IMG/VR virus record: IMGVR_UViG_3300046171_000301
Reading direction: 5' to 3' (one strand)
DNA: 64,000 nucleotides
DNA from: an uncultured virus (IMG/VR IMGVR_UViG_3300046171_000301)
Taxonomy: Duplodnaviria; Heunggongvirae; Uroviricota; Caudoviricetes
How positions within the stretch are numbered: position 1 is the first letter of the stretch; the number at the start of each line of letters is the position of its first letter. The translations under genes and the position numbers were made by a program. A model generated the notes under the pieces. It saw only the letters and a list, made by a program, of their open reading frames with translations. It made no database searches and was not told the DNA's origin. Shown piece by piece: positions 39,733 through 49,530 of the stretch.

Positions 39733-40596
39733 TTATCGTCTGACTTTCTTGATAGCTTCAAATTTATCTTCCAGTGGCCAAGTACCATAACGTGCGGTCA
39801 TGCCGAACACTCGATGACCCACCAACTTAGAAATCATAGAATCCTGACCGGGTAAGGCAGTCCGAGCACGGGTGATGAAATTATGACGGAGGCTGTGGGC
39901 CGCTTCTCCTTTAGGAAGATTACAGACTTCACGCAATTTTTCTGACCAGTTCTTGCCTGGATACCGAGTTCTATCCGTTTCGAGCCTTCCGACCCATGGA
40001 TAGAACTCAGGGTGAATTGGTACTTGACGCCGGGCACCTCGCTTGATCAGTCGATTGCTGTTGTCTTGAACTTGAAAATATGGAATCTTATTGTCAAATC
40101 GTATTTCGTTGTTGAGCAAGCCGGCAATTTCTCCGACGCGGAAGCCGTGATACCAGATGGCTAAAAACAGCGGGTCATCGTGGAAGTCTTTATAAAATTC
40201 AAATGGCCTGACTGGATACTCCTTTCCGTAGCGTTCAGCAGCTTCATCGCGATCAGTTTTAATTTTGCGGCTTGCTCGGTACCAAACATTAATTTCAGTG
40301 TCTATGAGCTCTTCTTCAATGGCCATCGCCCAAATGCCCGAAAGCAGACTCAAGCGACGACGTACTGTTTCAGCAGAGCAGTTACCAATTGGAGTCAGTT
40401 GAGATCTCCAGTAGCGGTTGACTAAAGTCTTATCGACGTCAGCGACTGAAATATTTTCAATCGGCTTTGCGGCTGTTCGCCAGCATTTGAACGTACTGTC
40501 GCGGACATGTGTCGTCTCACGAACAGCATCAAGCAGGTGTAGAACTTTCATAGGGCTGTGTTTGGGATATAAGCAACGCCAATCAATTTCTAACAA
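39733..40596 (-). CDS. tyrosine recombinase/integrase
   Basis: GFR..E, K, HSLRH, LVGH, T.RY catalytic residues all present. Confidence 0.92.
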   Translation of the reverse strand: MLEIDWRCLYPKHSPMKVLHLLDAVRETTHVRDSTFKCWRTAAKPIENISVADVDKTLVNRYWRSQLTPIGNCSAETVRRRLSLLSGIWAMAIEEELIDTEINVWYRASRKIKTDRDEAAERYGKEYPVRPFEFYKDFHDDPLFLAIWYHGFRVGEIAGLLNNEIRFDNKIPYFQVQDNSNRLIKRGARRQVPIHPEFYPWVGRLETDRTRYPGKNWSEKLREVCNLPKGEAAHSLRHNFITRARTALPGQDSMISKLVGHRVFGMTARYGTWPLEDKFEAIKKVRR

Positions 40597-40630
40597 AAAA
40601 ACCCCACGTGATGTGGGGCTTTGGGTTAGG

Positions 40631-40660
40631 TGACGGAGAGCGAGGGATTCGATCTCTCGG
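40631..40660 (-). other. att-like site: 3' fragment of a tRNA-Ser
   Basis: Minus strand CCGAGAGATCGAATCCCTCGCTCTCCGTCA resembles T-arm plus acceptor 3' strand; directly upstream of the recombinase. Confidence 0.65.
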
Positions 40661-40868
40661 AATTGGCGTGGCAGCCTGAATGATAGCAGAAAAATATCGG
40701 ATAACTAATAAGGCAATCTTATTGATCGATACATGTGTTTTCCACAAGCGAAAACTCATGGCTGAATCATATCGTTGGTACAATAAGTTATATCTCTATT
40801 CACACATAATATGAGAATGGCAGGTAGTTCACAATTTTTAAAAACACTTGTAAATACAGGAGAGGGTT

Positions 40869-41252
40869 GTGCCACAAAACCAGAGCAATATCCCGCTAAG
40901 CCCAAAGGCGGCATCAGTCACGGGCCTCCACTTAAACAAAGATAAACATGAATATATGATTGAATTTACTCCTGAAGAATTACGGCGATCAAGAATACAA
41001 GTCATTGCTCACAATATAAGCATTGGTCATTTTGACGATCGTGAATTACCGACAGATGTTCATGTCGTTGAATTTAGAATCGGCAATAAAATCATTCATG
41101 ATGCAGTAAGAGCAAATTCAAAATCAGAAATATTTGATGAATATTATTTTAAAGTAAAAGATCTTGGAGGCGTAATTACATCTATCAAACATGGGTATGG
41201 AAGAATAAAACCTAGACTTTACGGAAAAATTGGCAAAGAACCCAAAACTTAA
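40869..41252 (+). CDS. hypothetical protein
   Basis: ORF track; start uncertain. Confidence 0.65.
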   Translation: MPQNQSNIPLSPKAASVTGLHLNKDKHEYMIEFTPEELRRSRIQVIAHNISIGHFDDRELPTDVHVVEFRIGNKIIHDAVRANSKSEIFDEYYFKVKDLGGVITSIKHGYGRIKPRLYGKIGKEPKT

Positions 41253-41467
41253 AAATCATCTTTTTTCTTTTCTTTATCTTCTTCTACTTTTGAGATACCG
41301 TAGCTTGCAAGAACAGTTGTTACTAGTGAGCTAATAAATGCTGCGTCTACATTTTTGGCCATACCAAAATAACTGGCAGTTAGCACACTTAAAGCCCACA
41401 CAAGCACACCAGCAGGTGCAAAGTTGACTAAAATATTTCTCAGTAAATTATTTCTTTGATTAGCCAT
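41249..41467 (-). CDS. small two-TM membrane protein (holin-like topology)
   Basis: Two hydrophobic helices and a charged tail. Confidence 0.55.
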   Translation of the reverse strand: MANQRNNLLRNILVNFAPAGVLVWALSVLTASYFGMAKNVDAAFISSLVTTVLASYGISKVEEDKEKKKDDF

Positions 41468-41893
41468 AAAATATCTTTAGAATATAAGTGTTACTTTTCA
41501 ACACAAACAATGAGTACAATTAAGTCCTTATTTCTATTATTGCTCATTGCGTCTCCTTCTTTAGCTCAAGGGCAACCACAGTTCACAACGGGAAGCATGA
41601 CTCAAACGGTCACCTCAACACAAACTGTTGCAGAGACTAGTAATATTGAGCGATACGGAACTGCTATTGGCTCTTGGAGCGGCGATAACATTCGTACAAT
41701 TGACCCTGCTGCAGCTAATGCCACAGTTGATATTGAAGTAGAAGGCATGAGTTTTGAAATTATTGACAATACCCAGCCATGGCAATTAGAAGTCGTCAAC
41801 CGTGGTGCTGGCGATCTCGTCGAAAGCATCAACATCGAACGTACAATCGAGACGGAATCAACTACAAATACATTATCGGTGTTCTCTCAATAA
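41456..41893 (+). CDS. secreted Thr-rich hypothetical protein
   Basis: Signal peptide MSTIKSLFLLLL at an internal start. Confidence 0.65.
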   Translation: MISHKISLEYKCYFSTQTMSTIKSLFLLLLIASPSLAQGQPQFTTGSMTQTVTSTQTVAETSNIERYGTAIGSWSGDNIRTIDPAAANATVDIEVEGMSFEIIDNTQPWQLEVVNRGAGDLVESINIERTIETESTTNTLSVFSQ

Positions 41894-42402
41894 TTTTATT
41901 TGGGTCACCTTGTTATTCTGAAGAGACTAACGTTAATGCAACGCCTCAGGCTGCTATAAGCGGCTCAGTGGCTAATCAGGCTGTGCAAATAAATCAAGGC
42001 TCTTTGAGCACTCAATCCTTTAAACAGGGTCATTACTGCAATGGTCCTGTGATTAGTTTTGCGCCATATATATTGCAGACTGAAGCGCCTAGTTCACTTA
42101 CGAGAAACTGGGGTGGGCAAATTAGCTTGTCTGTACCTCTTGATGGTGGATCAGTTGAAATGTGCAAACAACTAGCACGAACTCAAATTCAAAAAGCTCG
42201 TTTAGATTACGAATTGGTTCGTATAAAAGAATGCATCAACATATATAAACAGGGTTTTGCAATTAGATCTGAGAGTGATTTTTCCCAGATTTGTGCCGAC
42301 GTTGTTCCGCTCTCGCTCGCGCCCAAGTCAAAGGAGGCTTCTTCCCACGAACCTTTGCCAGCTTCTTTAGACCAAAAGTTATCAGAGGCTTTGCCAGAGT
42401 AA
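41779..42402 (+). CDS. hypothetical protein
   Basis: ORF track; start uncertain. Confidence 0.6.
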   Translation: MAIRSRQPWCWRSRRKHQHRTYNRDGINYKYIIGVLSIILFGSPCYSEETNVNATPQAAISGSVANQAVQINQGSLSTQSFKQGHYCNGPVISFAPYILQTEAPSSLTRNWGGQISLSVPLDGGSVEMCKQLARTQIQKARLDYELVRIKECINIYKQGFAIRSESDFSQICADVVPLSLAPKSKEASSHEPLPASLDQKLSEALPE

Positions 42403-42904
42403 TAATGTGCTTAAACAAAGCAGTAGCAGCTAGCGTTCCTCCGACGGAAGCAACAGAAGCCACGCCTGCTGTACTAACTGCGGTTACAATGATTTCAGGT
42501 TTTGGCGCAGGAATCTTTCCAATGAATGGTACTTCAACAGTTTGAATTTCTTTAAATTCACTTTTGGGAACGTCTATCGATAAATCTTCTTTCTTGATAG
42601 AAGGCGTAGAAATAGCCTCGTTAGTGCTTTTGCTGGGATTCTCTAACTTATTATTATTATTTGATTCTTCAAGGTCGGCCTTACTTTTAGGTCTGTCTTT
42701 TTTCCGCTTATTAGTAGTCTCCCCTTGCTCCTCTGAAGGTTTTTTACTACTAGTCTTCGGATTAAGCTCTTTAGGAATATCCTTGACGTAAATGGGGATC
42801 GGAACCCATTCAATCTGCTTTAACTGAGGCTGACTATAGTCAATCTCTGGAATAACAAAAGGCCCAGGCAACTCAATTGGAGGTGGCAGGGGCAGATTGG
42901 GCAT
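42263..42904 (-). CDS. Pro-rich membrane-associated hypothetical protein
   Basis: ORF track. Confidence 0.65.
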   Translation of the reverse strand: MPNLPLPPPIELPGPFVIPEIDYSQPQLKQIEWVPIPIYVKDIPKELNPKTSSKKPSEEQGETTNKRKKDRPKSKADLEESNNNNKLENPSKSTNEAISTPSIKKEDLSIDVPKSEFKEIQTVEVPFIGKIPAPKPEIIVTAVSTAGVASVASVGGTLAATALFKHIITLAKPLITFGLKKLAKVRGKKPPLTWARARAEQRRHKSGKNHSQI

Positions 42905-43584
42905 TTGAACTAATTACAGGTTTTTAGGTTTATCTTCTTTAATATCTAAGGGATCAGAATTGCCACTTGTAATAGCACATGCACGTTTATAATAAAACGA
43001 ATCTTTTTTATTTGCTTTCTCTAGTGCTGTTTTTACTTTTTGCCAGTTTTCTAATGTATGTTTATCCATCAGGGTTAGAAGCAAGGTGTTCCATTTCTGC
43101 TGTTATCTGATCACTGAGAGCACTTACTTGAGCACATGCGCCAATGATTAAACCCCTCTGATTAGGAGTTAAGTTATCAGCATCTACGGCATCTTCAGAT
43201 AATACTTCTGAGATCTCTCCTAGTCCCATAATGATTGCGGGTAAGCCCCACTTTTCTATTAAAGAATTTAGTACAGATAGCAGAGGATTAGAGCCGCTTT
43301 CAATTGCTTCCCAGAATCGTTTACGCTGCTCAGAATCCATGAGAATTATCGCACAATTAGTTAGCTACAGGCTCTAACTCTTCTGCATCATCATTAACTT
43401 CGTCTTCAATGACTTCTTCAGGATCATACTCAAGCGTATCGATTAATTGACTCACAAGAGCGGCAGAAAAATTAACAAGAGTTGAATCGTTTGTTGCACG
43501 AGCTGTCGCAAAGGAATTAATAGCCGAGACTAATTCAGATTTTTTACAGGCCATGAGAATAAAATAGTGTCATTAATACTATAA

Positions 43585-45477
43585 CTAATCTAATGATTCT
43601 TTGAGAGATTTAACTTCGTCTTCTAGGGATTCAATTCTAAGCATTGCCTCCTGTAACGCGCCGACTGCTTTTAAATACAAAATAGAATATTTAACACGTT
43701 CTGTTTTAGTGCCAGTATTTTGGATTGTTTTAATCATTTTCTGATTACCAAACTCATCCAGCACTGGCATACCCATTTCGTCAAATTCAGGGGTTACAGT
43801 CTCTTGTACATCATTTATAGAAGTCACTAATCCGGGGCTAATTTGTTTAACTTCTTGGGATATCACGCCTAATTGTTGTGATGTCCCATAACCTAAAGAA
43901 GGTTTAAATTGATAGTTTACAAGCCTTATATTTTTTATATCATTCCACTGTGATTTTGCTGTACTAATATTGGTTTTTAACTTTTGATCAGATAATGCTT
44001 GATAAACATTGTTTGTATTTTCAACATCACCATTGGAATAAATAGATAGATTATTACTTGCAAACATTGCAGACCCATTTGCGTTAATCTCAGAAGTAAT
44101 TGTGCTGCCCTGCTTACCGGCTATAACTTTATCAAGATTATTTTGCCCTGTAATTTCAACAGTATTAGAGCATGTGATTCCATTACAAGTTACTGGACCA
44201 AAAGCACTATCGCCAGCAATGGTGGCATTGCCAATTATACTTATAGAATCACTATTTAGTGAGCCTGAAAAAACAGCAGAAGCTGCCTGAATATCTCCAG
44301 CAATTGTAGCCGACGCCGAACTAAGAGCACCAGTGAAACTCGCTGTAGATCCTGCAACTGCGCCATAATTTGAAGCGTTTAGGGCACCTGAAATATTAGC
44401 GGATGCTGCAGTGATTGAAGTCCCTACACTTATGCTTCCAGAGAAGGCACCATTAGTGAAAGATCCTGCACCGGTAGAAGTTAAATTGCTTGACAAGGTC
44501 AGAGATTGTGCGGTTATATTATCAACAACGCAAGTTGTCGCTAAAATATCTGAAACATTTATATCAACAAATGACGCTGTTCCGTCCGCATTAATACTAT
44601 ATTTTTCAATCCCGGCAGTATAACTATTAAGATCTCCATTAGCACTAATAGAGACTCCTTGATTATCTTTTACTCCAACAACTACTTCTGTTCCGAACAC
44701 TCCATTACCAGAAAATTCAGCAGACCCTGTGGCGTTAATCTCTACAGAAGGCGTATTTCCACCAATAATAATAGTGCCATCTGTTAATACTTCATATGTA
44801 GTTTCAAGGAGCTTCTTGCCCACATAGAGTTGATCAGAATAATTAGATCTACTAACAGTAATTGCATCGCTGGATGAAACACCCGCTAGTGTGATATTGC
44901 CAAATACTCCACTACCACTACCATTAATTGATGATGTTAGATTTCCTTGACTGTCATATCCTTCGTATATATTACCTGCATCATTGCGTTTAGCAAAAAG
45001 CATTCCATTCCTGAGACCACCACCAACCTCATTTGGTGCAGGACTTGCAAAGTCAACATTACCAACAAGAAGATTTCCTCTAAAGGTTGCATCACCAGTC
45101 TGGCCCTCTAATGACACCGTTGTCACACTCAGGTTTGTCTCAAGATTTAAATCACCAACAATATTATTATTGTCATTTGTCAGAAAAGGGCTCTCTAGTT
45201 CACTATTTGCATTAGCTCTAAACAATTTGCCGTTAGCATCTACACCAAGCACAGCTGGGCCTAAACCACTTAATGTAGAGATTGTGAGATCTCCTGACGC
45301 AATCGTATCTCCAGTCGTATTGACGTATGTGTCTTCTACAACATTTTGGCTATTAGCTTTCCAGAATCCATTCGGAAAAATGCCGGAATACTCATACAAG
45401 ACACCTTCGTGTGAATGGATCGGGAATGATGTGGGATTCTCAGTTGTAGACGGTAACGGAAAACTAATTCTTGCCAT
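43585..45477 (-). CDS. tail fibre with C-terminal peptidase S74 chaperone domain
   Basis: Gly/Ser/Thr-rich beta repeats; SDQKLKTNI, LGVISQEV, terminal coiled coil. Confidence 0.85.
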   Translation of the reverse strand: MARISFPLPSTTENPTSFPIHSHEGVLYEYSGIFPNGFWKANSQNVVEDTYVNTTGDTIASGDLTISTLSGLGPAVLGVDANGKLFRANANSELESPFLTNDNNNIVGDLNLETNLSVTTVSLEGQTGDATFRGNLLVGNVDFASPAPNEVGGGLRNGMLFAKRNDAGNIYEGYDSQGNLTSSINGSGSGVFGNITLAGVSSSDAITVSRSNYSDQLYVGKKLLETTYEVLTDGTIIIGGNTPSVEINATGSAEFSGNGVFGTEVVVGVKDNQGVSISANGDLNSYTAGIEKYSINADGTASFVDINVSDILATTCVVDNITAQSLTLSSNLTSTGAGSFTNGAFSGSISVGTSITAASANISGALNASNYGAVAGSTASFTGALSSASATIAGDIQAASAVFSGSLNSDSISIIGNATIAGDSAFGPVTCNGITCSNTVEITGQNNLDKVIAGKQGSTITSEINANGSAMFASNNLSIYSNGDVENTNNVYQALSDQKLKTNISTAKSQWNDIKNIRLVNYQFKPSLGYGTSQQLGVISQEVKQISPGLVTSINDVQETVTPEFDEMGMPVLDEFGNQKMIKTIQNTGTKTERVKYSILYLKAVGALQEAMLRIESLEDEVKSLKESLD

Positions 45478-45763
45478 TTATTTTTGCCAGTACTATCTTC
45501 ATTTTATCTAATAACTACTGATGTTTTTAGGGGCACTTCCAGTGGGATAATAGGGTTGTGGGATTCTAGGCAGCTCAGAAACCTTAATGTTCATAGTAAA
45601 TAAAAACCCGCCGTTTCTGACGGGATGAATGTAAAAGAAAAACCCCGCGATACAGGCCACTAGGAGTGTGGATAAGGACTTACGGAAGAACGAACCCCAG
45701 GTTTTACCAGGGCTAGCCACCGTATTCAGAAACTTGAAAGCCTCATCCATGGTTATATTTAGT

Positions 45764-45832
45764 TAGAACGGTGAGAGCCGGTTAGGCCGGGCCTACCTCG
45801 CGGCATGGCTCTCCACCCGGCCACTCGTTCTA
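45764..45832 (-). other. GC-rich structured element (candidate pseudoknot)
   Basis: Three 7-bp complementary pairs plus a GCGA-capped hairpin in 69 nt. Confidence 0.55.
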
Positions 45833-47785
45833 CTTAGCTTTAAGGGCTTCTACTTCAGCCTTAAGCTCAGCCACAGCGCCAAGAAGCTTCATCACAAGGA
45901 TGTCGTGATTAATAGCTTTGTAGCTGTCTTTACCTTCGCCAACCTCATACGTGAGTGATGGGCAAACTTCTTCAGCCTCTTGGGCAATAAGACCCAGGAA
46001 CCGCTTGGACTTCAGCTCTTCGTTAAGAGGAGCCTCTTCCTTCCAGTCCCAGTTCTTCAGGGAGCTGCCGAGAGTAACTACATCATCGAGCTGAGGGTGA
46101 GCGTCGGTAATGTTCTCTTTGAACTTGATGTCAGAGACGTTGCCAGCAGTGATGTTGCCAGTGAATGTGGCTGCTCCGCTATCGTTGAAGGTGATAACGT
46201 CAGCGCCTGAACTACCATTCCGGCCTGTATACAAAACGCCACCATTACCACCACGCGAGATGATCAATCCATTTGGCTGTAAATTAACGTAGTTTCCTGC
46301 TCCTTGCGTAGCTGCAACAGTACCAGAAAACACGCCACTGCCGTCGATAGCACTGAGCACAACTTTAGGGCCATTAAAGCTGCCGGTGGAATCAAGGTGT
46401 AAAGTACCTGATGAATACAAGTTTGTTTTAATAATACCAGCACTATCAACTACAAAGGACCCATTAGCAAACGAGGCACTGCCATCTGCGTTAATGGAAG
46501 CTGTATAGGCTGGAGTACCTTGCTGAAAACAAGCGAATGCTGAATCAGAAGAACCTGCTGGGCGAGTCGTGTAGACGCCACCCATGTCTTGAATCCAGCT
46601 GCCAGTTGCTAGCGAGGCGTTGTCAGAACCAGTCTTTACCAGGCCAGAGAACGAGGCGCTGCCGTCTGAACTTAAACTATATTTCCTTGATCCACCATTA
46701 AAACCTTCAAGTGCGCCACCAGATGTCATAAAGACGCCTTGACTATCACGAACACCTGCGACTACTTCTGAAGCAAACGTGGCGGTGCCGTTATTGAGAA
46801 TGTCAACAAAAGTGCTACTACCAGTAAATACTTTATAAGCAGAACCAGTTGGTTGATACCCAGACTGAAGCTCGTTCAAAAACGTTGCTTTAGACGTAAC
46901 ATTACCAGTAAACGAGGCGACACCAGCAGCAGTAACGTGGAAGTTTCTATTAGTACCCTGATAGCCTGCAAAAAGCAGCGTAAACGCGCTAGCAGTTTGC
47001 TGACATTGTGCCTTTACAGTGGCTGCATTAGCCGCCATATCCACTTGAGCACCATATCCAGTGCTTGAAGAAATGTCGAGTGGCCCAGCAGTTATATCTC
47101 CCGAGCTGTTGATGCGCATTCGCTCCAAATCGCTTGTCTCAAAACGAATATCTATTGCTGAAGAAGTACCAATCCTAAATAAATCAGCATTGTCATATTT
47201 AAAAATTCCAGTGCGCAAAACGCCGCTACTATTTTTACCAGTGAGATATAAACCAGATTCACCAGGAGTTGCTGTGCTAGTTGCCTTAATAATTGCACCT
47301 GAAGTTGAGGATTCTACATCTAAAAGTGAAGTAGGACTCGCAGTGCCAATCCCGACATTGCTAGCAAAAGTGGCGCTGCCGTTAGCACCGTCCAGGATAA
47401 TGTCGCTGTCTGTTGGATTTGCTGGAGAATAGCCAAAGTAGCATTTACCATCTGCAGTAAATACGTTACTAATCACTGAGGACTTAATATTAAGCAATGT
47501 TGTACTGTTATTCCCTATCGTTTCACTACCAATGATCGCGTCGTGTGCCTGCAAACGTTCAGCAAACGTGGCGCTGCCGTCTGTTGCGTTGAGTACAATC
47601 TTATCTGTTCCTAATGTTAAGTTGCCAGTTAAATTATCACCGTCAACATCGACAAATAATTCTGGCGCTGTTTGAGCAGTACGTACGGCTTTCCATATGC
47701 CGTTTGACCATTCATATGTAATCCCTGTGTCAGGATTTGTGTAACTAGTTTGTACGTTGGGATCTGGAAAATTAAGTGCGGCCAT
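45830..47785 (-). CDS. tail fibre with DGSAxF repeats and peptidase S74 domain
   Basis: VSDIKFKENI, LGLIAQE. Confidence 0.88.
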   Translation of the reverse strand: MAALNFPDPNVQTSYTNPDTGITYEWSNGIWKAVRTAQTAPELFVDVDGDNLTGNLTLGTDKIVLNATDGSATFAERLQAHDAIIGSETIGNNSTTLLNIKSSVISNVFTADGKCYFGYSPANPTDSDIILDGANGSATFASNVGIGTASPTSLLDVESSTSGAIIKATSTATPGESGLYLTGKNSSGVLRTGIFKYDNADLFRIGTSSAIDIRFETSDLERMRINSSGDITAGPLDISSSTGYGAQVDMAANAATVKAQCQQTASAFTLLFAGYQGTNRNFHVTAAGVASFTGNVTSKATFLNELQSGYQPTGSAYKVFTGSSTFVDILNNGTATFASEVVAGVRDSQGVFMTSGGALEGFNGGSRKYSLSSDGSASFSGLVKTGSDNASLATGSWIQDMGGVYTTRPAGSSDSAFACFQQGTPAYTASINADGSASFANGSFVVDSAGIIKTNLYSSGTLHLDSTGSFNGPKVVLSAIDGSGVFSGTVAATQGAGNYVNLQPNGLIISRGGNGGVLYTGRNGSSGADVITFNDSGAATFTGNITAGNVSDIKFKENITDAHPQLDDVVTLGSSLKNWDWKEEAPLNEELKSKRFLGLIAQEAEEVCPSLTYEVGEGKDSYKAINHDILVMKLLGAVAELKAEVEALKAK

Positions 47786-49530
47786 TGTTTTTTACCTAAG
47801 GTTAGAAATAAATAAGTTAATAAAAATCAGCTAGCCTTAAGGGCTGCTACTTCTGCTGTAAGCTCTTTTACAGCTCCAAGCAATTTCATGATCAATACAT
47901 CATGATTAATTGCTTTATAAGAATCTCCGTCTTGACCTGCGACTTCATAAACCATCTCAGGACAAATTGCTTCCACTTCTTGTGCAATCAGACCAAGCTT
48001 GCGTTGTGCCTTGAGTTCATCTGAAATAGGAGCTTCATCTTTCCAATCAAATGTCTTGAGTTTAAATGCAGATATGTCAGAAAGCTGCGAAGGTGCTGCT
48101 TCGATGTTCTCCTTAAACTTAATGTCGGAAACGTTGCCTGCGGTGATGTTGCCAGCAAACATGGCGCTGCCGTCAGCCTTAATTAAGGATGTAGGTGATG
48201 ACGTTCCAACAGTATATCCTTCAAATACAGAAGAAGTTCCGGAATTTTGAGCAGCTCTGATCGTTCCAAACTCGTTAATCGATGTTCCTCTTGCCGTACC
48301 AGAGTTAGGGTCGCCTCCGGATTGAATTTTGCTAGCAAATTCGGCGCTGCCGTCTGCTTTAAGCTGGATATTTCGGGAAGCACCAGTACCTCCAATTACA
48401 ACATCATTATTATAAACAGCGCTGCCATTTGCATATAATAGGAGACCAGCATTACCACCATTTGTGTAATCACCAACCTGTACTGTTTCAGCAAATTCGG
48501 CGCTGCCGTCATTGCCAAAAGCAATTACTTCGGTGTCTGTAGTGTTGATGAACTTGAAGTTTTTACTGGTTCCTTCAGCGTTATCCGTGTAAATATAGAG
48601 ACCACCATTGCTATACACCTTCACTCCAGAGTTAGACGATCCCGTGCTTGGATTGCCAACATCAAGATCTCCAGTAAACGAGGCGCTGCCGTCAAGACCA
48701 AGCCCGACGTTTACTGTCGAACCATCACCAGCCGTTGAATAGAACGCATATTGCTTACCACCACTGCCGGAGCCGATGAAGATTTGATTAGGAGAATAAC
48801 TCTGACAGTGAACGTAGTTAGCAAACGTGGCTCTGCCGTCGCCGTCAACTGAAAATGTAGTTGTACCGGAACTATTTGCACCAACGAACGGGAATTTTTG
48901 TCCGTTATTTCCACCACTGACTTGTGACTTGACACCATATGACGTTGGTGCCGTAAACGTGGCGCTGCCGTCGTGATAAATACTTACTGGGTAGCTACTA
49001 CTACTGCCGTTATAAACTCCGAAAGCACGAGCAGCAGCTCCTGTACCGTTTACGTATAAACCTGTATTGCCACTATTATCGAAAATTTTAGCGCCTGCAG
49101 TATTACTGGCATAGTCACCGACAGTAAGACCACCAGCAAACGTGGCGCTGCCACTGTCGAAGAACTCCACAACTTTAGTAGTACCACCAGAACCATCACT
49201 CTTGAAAAACTGAAGCCAGGGGTGAGTTTCGGTGGTTGAATGGAACAGCTTTAGATAACCCTCCAAACCAAGTGTGGAACCACTTCCATTAACTGAAAAG
49301 TTATTGTTTGGACCGCCGTTGATGTCTCCGGTAAACTTGGCGCTGCCGTCTGCATCTAATGTGATTGTCTCAACGCCAGTGTCTTGCCTATAACCACGGA
49401 AGAACACATCAGTGTTGCCGTTTGCCCTGGTTGCATACCACCAACCAGCTGGATTGAATTTGAAACCGGTGTCAGACGGACCAGCGCCATCTCCAATTTC
49501 GAATACACCAGCAAAACTCGCGCTGCCGTC
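46334..49530 (-). repeat. in-frame dispersed repeat GACGGCAGCGCC-NNN-TTT, about 16 copies
   Basis: Exact 12-mer (plus GGCGCTGCCGTC) at 46655, 47570, 48163, 48343, 48499, 48682, 48961, 49339; variants at 46334, 46475, 46781, 47372, 48418, 48829, 49144, 49519. Confidence 0.9.

Noticed and set aside
45776..45792. Possible reverse copy of the TAAC hairpin repeat
   Set aside because: Stem register differs and it belongs to the larger pseudoknot element
45764..45832. Assignment to a known ribozyme class (HDV/theta, twister, pistol, hammerhead)
   Set aside because: Conserved catalytic cores do not match by eye; kept only as an unclassified structure
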